In this document: positions 20,490 through 30,536 of the stretch, piece after piece
Position numbering within the stretch: position 1 is the first letter of the stretch
How the letters are laid out: each line of letters starts with the position of its first letter
Origin: Mollicutes bacterium
Lineage (GTDB): Bacteria; Bacillota_I; Bacilli_A; RF39; UBA660
NCBI GenBank assembly: GCA_012520055.1
Contig: JAAYPA010000029.1
Coordinates: 1 to 40,095, forward strand
Direction: 5' to 3'
DNA length: 40,095 bases
Position numbers and translations under genes: made by a program
Notes under the pieces: generated by a model
Databases searched by the model: none
What the model saw: only the letters and a program-made list of their open reading frames with translations
What the model was told of the DNA's origin: nothing

Positions 20490-22007
20490 TTAAACATCTT
20501 CAATAATTAATGATTTAGATTCCTTCATACTCTTTGGAATTGCTATATCCATATAATGCAATAAGGTTGGAGCTACATTGATTAGTTCTCCTTTTCCTTT
20601 TAATAATATATGTTTATCTAAAATTATAAAAGGAACTGGATTTAAAGAATGGGTTGTTACAATATTATTGTTTTCATCTAACATAGTATCGGCATTACCA
20701 TGATCGGCTAGGATTATTACTTTATAGAAATTATCTTCTGCAGATTGAACTAATTTTTGTAATTCTTGATCCAACCCTTGTAGAGCCTTAATAGTTGCTT
20801 CCAGATTACCGGTATGGCCTACCATATCAGGATTAGCATAATTTACTAAAATAAAATCATAATCTTTTTCTAAACATTTGATAGCCTCTTTAGTAACTTC
20901 TGGGGCACTCATCATTGGTGTTTGATCATAGGTACTTACCTTTGGACTAGATATTAAGAAATTATCTTGTCCTTTAAATTTAGAATTTTTTTCCGCATTA
21001 AAGAACTTAGTAACATGGGCATATTTTTCTGTCTCGGCAATTCTGGCTTGTGTTAGACCTAAGTCAGCAAAATATTCACCTATCGGATATAAGCTTTCTT
21101 CATCATATGTAAATAAAGGAGTAACATTCTCTATATCATCTTGGGCAAATAAAGTATATACTTTAAAATTATTAATAATTTTATTTCTAAATCCTTCAAA
21201 TTCGGGATTAGTTATGGCATTTAAAATTTGTCTTGCTCGATCTTGTCTGAAATTTAACCATAATAAGGCATCATGTTCCTCAAATTTAGTAAATCCCGGT
21301 AATTTTAAAGGAGGAATATGTTCATCATAAATATTTCTTAAATAACAATTTCTGATAGCTGTTTCCAAGCTTAAAATATTAAGACCCGCATCTCCGACTA
21401 TCATATTATAATATGCTAAAGTTCGGTCGTATTTATTATCTCTATCCATGGCATAATATCTACCACAAACTGATGCTAAAAAACCTAAATCATTTTCTTT
21501 AAACACTTTTTGTAATTCATTAAGATAAGTAAGACTTTTATTACGATCAGTATCTCTTCCATCAGTTATGGCATGAAATGCTAGTTTTTTTACACCTTTA
21601 TTTTTTAGAATGGGTATCAATTTTAAAATATAATCAAGATGACTATGAACACCACCATCAGAGACTAAACCCATTAGATGTAAACAAGAATCATTAGTAA
21701 CAACATGATTTACTAAGTCATTTATAACTTCATTTTCATAGAATTTCTCATTACTTACTTCTTCATGAACTACGGTTATTCTTTGTTTAACTTTATGACC
21801 TAAACCAATAGCTGCATGTCCTACTTCACTATTACCAAACTGATTTTCCGGAAGTCCAACTGCTTCTTCAGAAGCTTCCAAAGTACTATGAGGATAATCA
21901 TTCCATAAACTATTAAAATATTCCATATTAGCCATTTTAATAGCATTCCCTTTTTCATCTTCTCTTAATCCAAAACCATCTAGTATAACCATTAATATTT
22001 TTTTCAT
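20490..22007 (-). CDS. gpmI: 2,3-BPG-independent phosphoglycerate mutase
   Basis: ILDGFG, GNSEVGH, DGGVHSH, DGRD, NPDMVGHTG, ADHGNA; start MKKIL at 22007. Confidence 0.95.
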   Translation of the reverse strand: MKKILMVILDGFGLREDEKGNAIKMANMEYFNSLWNDYPHSTLEASEEAVGLPENQFGNSEVGHAAIGLGHKVKQRITVVHEEVSNEKFYENEVINDLVNHVVTNDSCLHLMGLVSDGGVHSHLDYILKLIPILKNKGVKKLAFHAITDGRDTDRNKSLTYLNELQKVFKENDLGFLASVCGRYYAMDRDNKYDRTLAYYNMIVGDAGLNILSLETAIRNCYLRNIYDEHIPPLKLPGFTKFEEHDALLWLNFRQDRARQILNAITNPEFEGFRNKIINNFKVYTLFAQDDIENVTPLFTYDEESLYPIGEYFADLGLTQARIAETEKYAHVTKFFNAEKNSKFKGQDNFLISSPKVSTYDQTPMMSAPEVTKEAIKCLEKDYDFILVNYANPDMVGHTGNLEATIKALQGLDQELQKLVQSAEDNFYKVIILADHGNADTMLDENNNIVTTHSLNPVPFIILDKHILLKGKGELINVAPTLLHYMDIAIPKSMKESKSLIIEDV

Positions 22008-22011
22008 CTTA

Positions 22012-22458
22012 TCATCCTTTACATGTATCTGATGCTGCATTAATTATTCGGTCTTTAACAAACTCAGCTTTTAGACTCAAAGAACTAACATCATAAGTTA
22101 AACGAACACAACCATTTAATTTTTCATTAGTAAGTGGATCAATAACAATACTCTCACCATTTACAGTTTCTTCAGCAGGATATACGCCATATGTTAATAA
22201 AAACTGATACAAATCATATTCTTTGCAACAATTAAGCTGATTGGTACAAGTTTGTCCAGCTGGTTTTATATCATCGATTAAATGTAATTTAGCAAACTTT
22301 AGCATAGCAGAGTTAATAACATTAATTTTATTCTCATAACTACTTTTGCGAATAGCATATGAAGCCGTATTATAACTGGGAATAGCAATTAATATGATTC
22401 CCGATAGAATTATAATAACTGATATTACTTCTACTAATGTAAATCCTTTATTCTTCAT
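22012..22458 (-). CDS. Type IV pilin-like protein
   Basis: Class III signal KG/FTLVE followed by a hydrophobic helix. Confidence 0.88.
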   Translation of the reverse strand: MKNKGFTLVEVISVIIILSGIILIAIPSYNTASYAIRKSSYENKINVINSAMLKFAKLHLIDDIKPAGQTCTNQLNCCKEYDLYQFLLTYGVYPAEETVNGESIVIDPLTNEKLNGCVRLTYDVSSLSLKAEFVKDRIINAASDTCKG

Positions 22459-22493
22459 ATGTACACCCTAGTATAATATATCACAAAAACATG

Positions 22494-22519
22494 AAAAAAA
22501 GTAGTTTTAACTACTTTTT
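22494..22519 (-). terminator. Intrinsic terminator after cdaR
   Basis: AAAAAGTAGTT-tt-AACTACTTTTT. Confidence 0.55.
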
Positions 22520-23871
22520 GCCATGATTCTAATCTTTACGGTAGTAACTTTTGGTATTAGATTAATTCGAATATCATCAATTGATACCTTAACCGGTACT
22601 TCATGAGTACCTATACCGTAACCACTTAAATCAATCTGAGCTTTTATCATTGACATATCAATGTTATTTAGAACAGTAGCTACACCTTTAGCTACAACCG
22701 ATATTTCACTATCACTTTCACTTAAGGCATTAACAGTATAGTTATTTCCTAAATTAATTGATTCAATTTTAATGTTACTAAATTCTCTGCTGATTTCTTG
22801 ATCCATTGTAACATTAATTGTCATGGTAGTTTCACTCATATATCTGACTCCTGCCGGTTTAGTCAAAGTCACATTGAAATTTTTGTTAGTGCTTAATCCA
22901 TCAATGTCGATAACTGCTTCAATATAAGATAAACTTTCAATAGCATTTTGATCTCCATAAACACCTACTTTAGATATAGATGATACAGCACTGGAAATAG
23001 CATATCCTACAGTTGGCATTCCGGTAGTAACAATTTTAATTGGTAATTCAGCATAATAAGAATCTACTTCAACTGAGGCACTAAGTTTACTTGGAACAAT
23101 TTCTACATTATTAATTTTAACACCATTATTATCATAAGCAACAAGTGCTATGGAATCGATCGTAAATGTTCCTTTTTCAGTTAAATTAGCTGCTTTTAAA
23201 TCTATTAAAGCTCTTACACTAGCAACAGTATCTAATGCTTCGGCTGACCCTTTAACAATAACTTCATTACGATCTAACTGAACATTTTTAATGGATAATT
23301 TACTATCTAATTTATCTTTATTTAGTAAATCATAAGTAAGAGATTTAACAGCACTTACCTTTTCACTTATTTTAATAGTTAAAGTACTTGGATCGAGTTT
23401 ATAATTAACTGACTCAATATTATGATTATATTTTAACTTAACTTTATATTGACCGGTAGAATAACCACTTAAATCTAAAACTACTTCATGTTCTCCTAAT
23501 TGTTTAGCTAAATATAAATCACTTTTACGACCAATTAAAGTAATATCAACACTTTCCGGTACACCTTCAACGACATAAGCTTCTTCGTTATAAATAATTT
23601 TTATAGGTTGTCCGGATATTATTTCTGCTTCTTCAGTTACTAAATTGATAGCTTTGGTATCAATAAGTAAAAAGATAATAATAGCTGAAAATAAAGAAAC
23701 ATATATTAAAATATTAGGACGATTTAAAATCTTTTCAAAACGGCCACTATTGTTTTTGGATATCTCACTAACGCGATAAATAATTCGACTAATCGGGATA
23801 ACAATTAATTTATCAATTAATTTATAAATTCCTTTAAAGAAAGCTATGAAAGGTTTGAAAATTTTACTCAT
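22507..23871 (-). CDS. cdaR: CdaR/YbbR-domain regulator of diadenylate cyclase
   Basis: TM anchor plus repeated YbbR-like beta domains; overlaps the cdaA end; start MSKIFK at 23871. Confidence 0.88.
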   Translation of the reverse strand: MSKIFKPFIAFFKGIYKLIDKLIVIPISRIIYRVSEISKNNSGRFEKILNRPNILIYVSLFSAIIIFLLIDTKAINLVTEEAEIISGQPIKIIYNEEAYVVEGVPESVDITLIGRKSDLYLAKQLGEHEVVLDLSGYSTGQYKVKLKYNHNIESVNYKLDPSTLTIKISEKVSAVKSLTYDLLNKDKLDSKLSIKNVQLDRNEVIVKGSAEALDTVASVRALIDLKAANLTEKGTFTIDSIALVAYDNNGVKINNVEIVPSKLSASVEVDSYYAELPIKIVTTGMPTVGYAISSAVSSISKVGVYGDQNAIESLSYIEAVIDIDGLSTNKNFNVTLTKPAGVRYMSETTMTINVTMDQEISREFSNIKIESINLGNNYTVNALSESDSEISVVAKGVATVLNNIDMSMIKAQIDLSGYGIGTHEVPVKVSIDDIRINLIPKVTTVKIRIMAKSS

Positions 23872-24694
23872 CTTGATCACCTTCTTTATCTTCTTCATCA
23901 TATTCATCGGCATCATAGAAGACTTCCATTTTTGGTTTTAATTCATCAAGTAACAATATTTTAAATTCTTCTAATGTCAAATTATAATGCAAATTACTAT
24001 CTACGGCAACACTGATACGACCGGTTTCTTCTGAAACAATTAAAGCTATAGCGTCAGTTTCTTCGGCTATGCCTAAAGCAGCACGGTGACGTGTTCCCAA
24101 TTTTTTATTAATATTAGGATTCATACTGGTTTTAAACACTGCACCAGCACAAGTTAGTCTATCACCTTGAATAATAACTCCTCCATCATGAAGAGGATTT
24201 GGTGGCATAAAAATAGCTTCAAGTAGTGGTGCAGTAATATCTGCATATATTTTTTGAGCAGGTGCGATATATTCTTGCAAGGAAATGTTTCTCTCAACAA
24301 CTATTAAAGCTCCGATACGATTTCTTTTTAAATATTCAATCGCATTCATTATTTCATAAACCACTTTTTCCCGTTCATCAACTGTAAGTACTTTATGACG
24401 TCCCAGAAGCTGACTACGGCCAATTGATTCAAGGACAGCTCTAATTTCCGGTTGAAATATAATAATTAAAGCTAAAGGTCCCCAAGAAATAACATATTCA
24501 AGTAGTAAACCGATAGTATATAAATTTAATAAATTACTAAAAATCTTTATAACTACAATGATTGCTACTCCTTTAAAAATTAGGACTAACTTTACGTTAT
24601 TACGTAAATTTTTAAGTAAATAATAAAACATCAACCAAACAATACCGATGTCTATTATCTTTGTTATTATCCCCCACATTGACATTAATGTCAT
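23864..24694 (-). CDS. cdaA: Diadenylate cyclase CdaA
   Basis: Three TMs, IFQPEIR, PLHDGG, GTRHRAA, VSEETG. Confidence 0.94.
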   Translation of the reverse strand: MTLMSMWGIITKIIDIGIVWLMFYYLLKNLRNNVKLVLIFKGVAIIVVIKIFSNLLNLYTIGLLLEYVISWGPLALIIIFQPEIRAVLESIGRSQLLGRHKVLTVDEREKVVYEIMNAIEYLKRNRIGALIVVERNISLQEYIAPAQKIYADITAPLLEAIFMPPNPLHDGGVIIQGDRLTCAGAVFKTSMNPNINKKLGTRHRAALGIAEETDAIALIVSEETGRISVAVDSNLHYNLTLEEFKILLLDELKPKMEVFYDADEYDEEDKEGDQDE

Positions 24695-24794
24695 GTTTTT
24701 ATCACTCCTTAGTAGCATAAGTATTATATCAAATCTATAATCAAATTACTACACCTAAGTCATTTAATTTTATGATTAGTTTCCTTTTTAAATT

Positions 24795-24819
24795 AAAAAA
24801 AAGACATTAAAAATGTCTT
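24795..24819 (-). terminator. Intrinsic terminator
   Basis: AAGACATT-aaa-AATGTCTT with U-tract on the minus strand. Confidence 0.55.
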
Positions 24820-26344
24820 ATATTGCTTTAAATGGATTGTTCATACTACCATCACCTGTTACTCTTACATTGCCTTTAATAGATAATACAGGTCTAACAC
24901 CAAGACTGCCGGAAACGCCATTACTAGATATAGAACCATAATCATTTAGATAAATAACAGTCGGATTTGGATAATAAAAATTATAGGGTGAAAAAGTCCA
25001 AAAATTTTGATTTGTTGTTAAATAAATTGATGTTCCAACTTGAGCTTCTGCTAATCCACCAAATATTAATTCCGAATTTGTAACAAGCCCAATCGGATAC
25101 TCTAAATTACCATTACCGACTTCCGTATCTTCTTTAGTAAAACGATCATTTTTATCTGGACATTTTAAAGAAGGTAATTTAGAAGATAAATTATAATATT
25201 CTCCATAATTTGAATTATAAACTCCATAACCTTGTCCGCTTAATAAAGTACGGTTATTACAAAATAAATTATCTGCTACTTGTGATTCATATGATTTACC
25301 TAAAATACTATTTTGATACCATGTTTCTAAATATGTTTTGATATTTGAATTTGTTTCATTCAATATCACTTCTTCTCTTGAGCTCGAAGATACTCCTGAT
25401 GTTCCACCATACATATATCCAATATATTTATTATCTCCTCCAGCTGAATTCCAAGTTGATGTACCAATCTGTGTATTTAGACCTGTACTATTTACATAAC
25501 CCATTATATTGAATTCTTCTTCTGTTCCATTATATAAAAGTCTTATGGATCCATCTCCATTAATACGGATAATTTTCCACTGAAAACCTCCCCAAATAAC
25601 ATTGTTATTTAATAAATCTTTTTGTCCTCGATAATAATATGAAGTTCCATATTCATCTAAACTGGCATATAAACCTGTATCAGTTGAAGTAGCTATTTGA
25701 GTAAAATTAGGATTTCCTTTTGATTCAATGGTAGCTGCTCCACCACCTTGAGCCAAGATAGCATCATGAAGTGATATATTTTGAGGTGCAGTATAATTTT
25801 CAATTAATACATAAGCACCAAAGGTTTTCTCTTGATCAATATTTTGATTATATTCTTGGTTAGGAAAATATATTTCTAATCTATAAGTGTGAATTTTATT
25901 ACCTCCGGTTGGCACATCAAATGTAGCTGTACCTAGTTCAATAGTTTTTGTTCCCGTACCAATATTTGTCATATCAATATTAGGAGCAACAGTACCATTA
26001 TTATCAGTATTAGTACCATTAAGCTTATATTTTAATGCTTCTTCACTAAAATCATTTGCTTCTACTACTAAACTTAATTTATATCCCATTGGTATTTCCG
26101 TATTATTATTTCCAGTTACCGTGAATGTCTTAATAGCAGCTGGACTATTATCCGGAATAATATTAGCTATATTGATGTTCGGTCCACCATCATAAGTAAT
26201 ATTCATTCTACCACCTGTGACCGTAATTGTATCAGTTGTTTCTCCACCGGTAAATTGCGCTGTAAAATATGCAAATGATATACCAATCGTAACTATTAAT
26301 GTTACCACTATAAACGATAATAGTAGCGCTGTGTTTTTCTTCAT
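24818..26344 (-). CDS. SipW-cognate TasA-like subunit fused to a C-terminal lectin-like (GVRP) head
   Basis: GISFA-YFT signal; N-domain aligns with 33928-34530; C-domain has YYYRG, WKIIRINGDGSIRL, FCNNR, FWTFSP...GVRPV...GDGS..NPF. Confidence 0.8.
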   Translation of the reverse strand: MKKNTALLLSFIVVTLIVTIGISFAYFTAQFTGGETTDTITVTGGRMNITYDGGPNINIANIIPDNSPAAIKTFTVTGNNNTEIPMGYKLSLVVEANDFSEEALKYKLNGTNTDNNGTVAPNIDMTNIGTGTKTIELGTATFDVPTGGNKIHTYRLEIYFPNQEYNQNIDQEKTFGAYVLIENYTAPQNISLHDAILAQGGGAATIESKGNPNFTQIATSTDTGLYASLDEYGTSYYYRGQKDLLNNNVIWGGFQWKIIRINGDGSIRLLYNGTEEEFNIMGYVNSTGLNTQIGTSTWNSAGGDNKYIGYMYGGTSGVSSSSREEVILNETNSNIKTYLETWYQNSILGKSYESQVADNLFCNNRTLLSGQGYGVYNSNYGEYYNLSSKLPSLKCPDKNDRFTKEDTEVGNGNLEYPIGLVTNSELIFGGLAEAQVGTSIYLTTNQNFWTFSPYNFYYPNPTVIYLNDYGSISSNGVSGSLGVRPVLSIKGNVRVTGDGSMNNPFKAI

Positions 26345-26434
26345 ATTCTGACCTCTATTCTATTAAAATTATATCTATATCAATGATAGAAATTTGTCAT
26401 AAAAAAACTTTATTAAGTATTTTTTTATTAAGTA

Positions 26435-27184
26435 CTATAAAAGCTTAAATGGGTTAGCATTACTACCATCACCAGTTACCGTAATATCTCCTCTTATAGA
26501 TATTACTGGTCTTACTCCATAAATATTATTCGTAGCAACATAAGTAAAATACCCAGTTAAATGAACAGCAAATGCATTAATTTCGTTATGATCATTCATA
26601 TAAAATGGTGTTAATAACCAGAAAGGACTTTCTAAAAATAGATAATTAGAATTATTATTAGTGCTAAGAAGAAGGCCTACCATAGACGCTTCGTCAGCCG
26701 TTAGAAGTCCTACCGAATAAGTCAAAGCTCTATTTCCAATCTTTATATCACTTTTTGTAAAACGATCATTTTTTAGACCACATTTTAAGGTTGGATTTTT
26801 ATATGAATATAAACGGTGATATTCGGCATAAGTAGTATATCTATCTAATCTTCCATAACCTGGTCCGGTAGGAGTTCCTCCTACTTCACTACTTAATTGT
26901 CTGTCATTACAAAATAAATTATCAACGATTAGATTTTCCAGATCTTTACCAGAAAAATTAGTTTGATACCAACTATCTAAAAAGGATTTAATAGTTGAAG
27001 ATGTTTCATTTATTACTGCACCTTCTCTTGATGTTGAAGCAGAGCCAAAGGCTCCTCCGTACATGTATCCTAAATATTTAGCATCATTTATATTGGTACT
27101 AAAAGCCGATGTTCCTATATTATAACCAGAATATGATGTACAGTTTTCATTGCTACAAGTTCCTCCATATATTAGTCTTATGGA
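26435..27184 (-). pseudogene. Orphaned C-terminal head of a disrupted tandem paralog
   Basis: Frame is open from SIRLIYGG at 27184 through GVRPV..NPFKLL; no signal peptide and no convincing start. Confidence 0.7.
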
Positions 27185-27741
27185 TCAAGATTGCTTTCAG
27201 TTTTAATAAAAGCATTTAAGTTTTTTTCTTGATCAATATTTTGGTTATACTCTTGATTAGGAAAATAGATTTCTAATCGATATGTATGGGCTTTATCTCC
27301 TTCTGTTGGTACATCAAATGTACCTGTTCCTAATTCAATTGTTTTTGCTCCCGTACCAATATTTGTCATATCAATATTAGGAGCAACAGTACCATTATTA
27401 TCAATATTAGTACTAATAAGCTTATACTTTATTGCTTCTTCACTAAAATCATTGTATTCTACTACTAAACTTATTTTGTAACCCATTTCAATAACAGTAT
27501 TATTATTCCCAGTAACAGTAAATGTCTTAATAGCAGCTGGATTATTATCTGGAATAATATTACTTATATTGATGTCTGCACCACCATTATAAACGATATT
27601 CATTCTACCACCGGTTACAGTAATAGTATCTGTTTCTTCACCACCTGTAAACTGAGCTGTAAAATAGGCATAAGATATGCCTATTGTAATTAACAAAACT
27701 ACTATTATACAGCTCACAAAAAGTATTGTGCTACCTTTCAC
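27178..27741 (-). CDS. SipW-cognate TasA-like subunit (N-terminal part of the disrupted paralog)
   Basis: GISYA-YFT signal; closely similar to the N-domain of 24818-26344; stops right after the deletion junction. Confidence 0.75.
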   Translation of the reverse strand: MKGSTILFVSCIIVVLLITIGISYAYFTAQFTGGEETDTITVTGGRMNIVYNGGADINISNIIPDNNPAAIKTFTVTGNNNTVIEMGYKISLVVEYNDFSEEAIKYKLISTNIDNNGTVAPNIDMTNIGTGAKTIELGTGTFDVPTEGDKAHTYRLEIYFPNQEYNQNIDQEKNLNAFIKTESNLDP

Positions 27742-27843
27742 TAAGCTTCACCTATTTTCAATTATAGGTTACTTTTCTTTTTTAAATCAATGGAAAAATT
27801 TGGCAACTTTTAGCTCATTTTGTCAAAAAAAAGATAATAATTT

Positions 27844-28152
27844 TTAATTACTATCTTTTTGCTTATCTTCTTCTGTTTCAGGTTCGGTTTCTTCTACTTC
27901 TGGAACCATTTTTTTAATATCTTCTTCTGTTTCTTCTACCGGTAGTTCTGCTTCCTTTGAAACTTCTTCATTAATTTCTGTTTCTGCCTCCGGCTCACCT
28001 ATTTCCTCTGTACTCTCTAAAGTTGTTTCTTTTATTTGTTCATTTCTTTTCTTATTTTTGATTGTATCAATTATGTAACCTATTAAAGCAAATATTAAAA
28101 ATAATAATACAATCATAATAATTAAATAATGATCTTTAATAAAGTCTAGCAT
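27844..28152 (-). CDS. Small membrane-anchored acidic protein
   Basis: One TM (FALIGYIID) and a Glu-rich tail; RBS GGAGG. Confidence 0.75.
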   Translation of the reverse strand: MLDFIKDHYLIIMIVLLFLIFALIGYIIDTIKNKKRNEQIKETTLESTEEIGEPEAETEINEEVSKEAELPVEETEEDIKKMVPEVEETEPETEEDKQKDSN

Positions 28153-28209
28153 ATATTCCTCCCTTTCTATCTTACCTTAACTAATTATATGAACTAAAGG
28201 TTTATTTCA

Positions 28210-29283
28210 TTAATTAATTGTTAATTTTTTAATTTTAGGTTGGATTTGAATAAAAGTATTACCGTCATTTACTATTAATTTTTCACCATTTTCAAATTTA
28301 TAGATCGTTTGAGCTGAACGTGATGTTTTACTCCAAGTAATAGGAACAGCTTTTCCTTCAGAAATATAATAACCTTTTCCAGAACCAATATTATCTATAC
28401 CTTGACGCCCTTTATTTTCAGCATCATTAAGATTGTAGTTGGCAACATCATAAACAATAATGTTTTTAAAGGTATATTGATTACCAGTTACATAATCTTT
28501 ATGAATTTTGCCATTAACAAATCTTTTATAAACTTTGGCTTCTTCATCATATTCATAAGAGGAAGTTATTGTACTAGAGTATTCTACAGAAACATTTTTA
28601 GCATCAATAACATTTTCTTTTGTACTAAAATCAACAGGTTCAACACTATATTTTAATAAATAATCTTTATTTCTTTCAGTTCTTTTATTTCCAATACCAT
28701 TAGCTAATTTTTCAGTACTGGTAAATAACGTATGTTCACTTGATACTTTTAAAGTTTTATCTCGCCATCCGGTTTTGGTATTATTAACTTCAATACGATC
28801 TATTCCTAAACGGGAAAAATCACTGCCTGCTTGAGGAGATTGACCATTATGAGCTAAAAAAGCATCATTTTCCAAAACATAGTCTAAATAATAATGGCGG
28901 ACACTTCTTACTGAACCTATTCTTTCAACGTTTACATCTTGAAATAAAGCTAAGTAACGGGTAATTCCAGCTTCAACTATTATTTCGTATATGATAAAAG
29001 CATCTTGTAATCCACTTTGTAGTGACCTTGCAGTGCCAATATTATTGATCATTACTGCATATGGTCTGGTTTTTGATTCCAGATTAACAATTTGTACCTT
29101 TTTCTCTTCTATAATTTTAGTTGTTGTTGTTTCCTGATTTGGATTTTTTTCTTCTGTTTTATTAAAAATATTTAAATAGTAATAAATACCAAACCCAATA
29201 ATTATAAGCACTGCTACAATACCTATAATAATATTTTCCAGTTTGATTTTCTTAACTTTTTTTTCTTTTACTTCTGGTTCCAT
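28210..29283 (-). CDS. DUF3048 (YerB-like) membrane-anchored protein
   Basis: RPYAVMINN, QSGL..A..IYE..VEAGITR, IGSVRSVR, GNTFIQ. Confidence 0.88.
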   Translation of the reverse strand: MEPEVKEKKVKKIKLENIIIGIVAVLIIIGFGIYYYLNIFNKTEEKNPNQETTTTKIIEEKKVQIVNLESKTRPYAVMINNIGTARSLQSGLQDAFIIYEIIVEAGITRYLALFQDVNVERIGSVRSVRHYYLDYVLENDAFLAHNGQSPQAGSDFSRLGIDRIEVNNTKTGWRDKTLKVSSEHTLFTSTEKLANGIGNKRTERNKDYLLKYSVEPVDFSTKENVIDAKNVSVEYSSTITSSYEYDEEAKVYKRFVNGKIHKDYVTGNQYTFKNIIVYDVANYNLNDAENKGRQGIDNIGSGKGYYISEGKAVPITWSKTSRSAQTIYKFENGEKLIVNDGNTFIQIQPKIKKLTIN

Positions 29284-29399
29284 TCTTGTCCTTCTTTCTC
29301 AAATATCATATCATATTACCAGATAATTTAAAATAAATAATTGTATTCATTAACTTATTTTGATATACTTTAGATATGACGGAGGCTTGATTTTTTACT

Positions 29400-30491
29400 A
29401 TGAATATTGATAAAAGAATCTTAAAAATGATTATAATGGTAGTTGGAGGTTTTGTATTATTTTTTATAATAATTGCCTTAATTAGTAGTTGTAATAAAAA
29501 TAAAAAATATACCTTTGAAGAACTGGAACAAAAGTTAATAACTTTAGCTCAAAATTATTATGAACGTAATGAAGCTTCTTTACCGGATATTGGAAAAGAA
29601 ACATCACTTACTACAGGATATTTTATTTCTAATGGATATTTTAAAGATATAACTTTAACGACCGGAGAAACATGTACAGGAGAAATAATAGTAGCCAATA
29701 ACAATAATAATTATTTATATACTCCGAAGTTAACTTGTGGTAACAAAAAATCAGTATTTTTTGCTGATAAATTAATAGAAGATAATAATGTTGTAACTAC
29801 CGGTGAAGGATTATATCATATAGGTAATGAATATATCTATCGTGGTGAAAAAGTTAAAAATTATATATCAATAAATGAAAAATTATGGAGAATTATTAAG
29901 ATAAACAGTGATAAAACAATAAGAATAATTGAAGTTGAACGAAGTGGTTCATCAACTACTTGGGATAATAGATATAATTTAGAAAAAAAATCTAATTCAG
30001 GAATTAATGATTTTATTACTAATAATATTAATAGTCGAATTAAAAACAAATTAGAAGATTTATATAACAATGAAAATAAATTTGGCCCGGATATTAAGCC
30101 ATACTTTGTACCGCAAAATTTATGTATCGGTAAAAGAAGTGAAAATGATACTGTTAATGATGGCTCAATTGAATGCAGTCAAGTACTAGAAAATCAAATG
30201 TTTGGATTAATTCAAGTAAATGAATATTTCTTTGCTAGCTTAGATGAAAACTGCATTAACATAGCCAGTAGAAGTTGTACAAATTATAATTATCTTGCTA
30301 AATTAGATGCATCTACATGGACAATAACTGCTGATAAAGATAGTAGTTATAAAGCTTATCGATTAGATTATGATATTTCTTTAGTAAATGCATCTAGTAC
30401 CGGTGGTATATCGATCGTAGCTCACTTAAGTAAAAATCTTTTATTTGTAAGTGGTACCGGTACTGAGGAAGATCCATATATTATAAAATAG
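29400..30491 (+). CDS. Membrane/lipid-anchored protein: pilin-like domain plus divergent lectin-like head
   Basis: Hydrophobic N-terminus ending ISSC; YIYRG..NY...LWRIIKINSDKTIRII and terminal GTGTEEDPY shared with 24818-26344. Confidence 0.75.
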   Translation: MNIDKRILKMIIMVVGGFVLFFIIIALISSCNKNKKYTFEELEQKLITLAQNYYERNEASLPDIGKETSLTTGYFISNGYFKDITLTTGETCTGEIIVANNNNNYLYTPKLTCGNKKSVFFADKLIEDNNVVTTGEGLYHIGNEYIYRGEKVKNYISINEKLWRIIKINSDKTIRIIEVERSGSSTTWDNRYNLEKKSNSGINDFITNNINSRIKNKLEDLYNNENKFGPDIKPYFVPQNLCIGKRSENDTVNDGSIECSQVLENQMFGLIQVNEYFFASLDENCINIASRSCTNYNYLAKLDASTWTITADKDSSYKAYRLDYDISLVNASSTGGISIVAHLSKNLLFVSGTGTEEDPYIIK

Positions 30492-30512
30492 TTCAAAAAT
30501 GAACTATTTTTT
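30485..30512. terminator. Bidirectional intrinsic terminator
   Basis: AAAATAGTTCA-aaaa-TGAACTATTTT between convergent genes. Confidence 0.65.
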
Positions 30513-30536
30513 ATTGTAAAAAAAAGATAACCACGG

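Noticed and set aside
24818-27741. Diversity-generating retroelement or shufflon acting on the GVRP heads
   Set aside because: No reverse transcriptase, adenine-only mismatched repeat, recombinase or inverted crossover sites were found in the window; a trans-acting element elsewhere cannot be excluded.
26390-27830. TGTCAAA/TGTCATA Spo0A-like boxes upstream of both tandem paralogs
   Set aside because: Imperfect 7-mers are expected by chance in AT-rich DNA.
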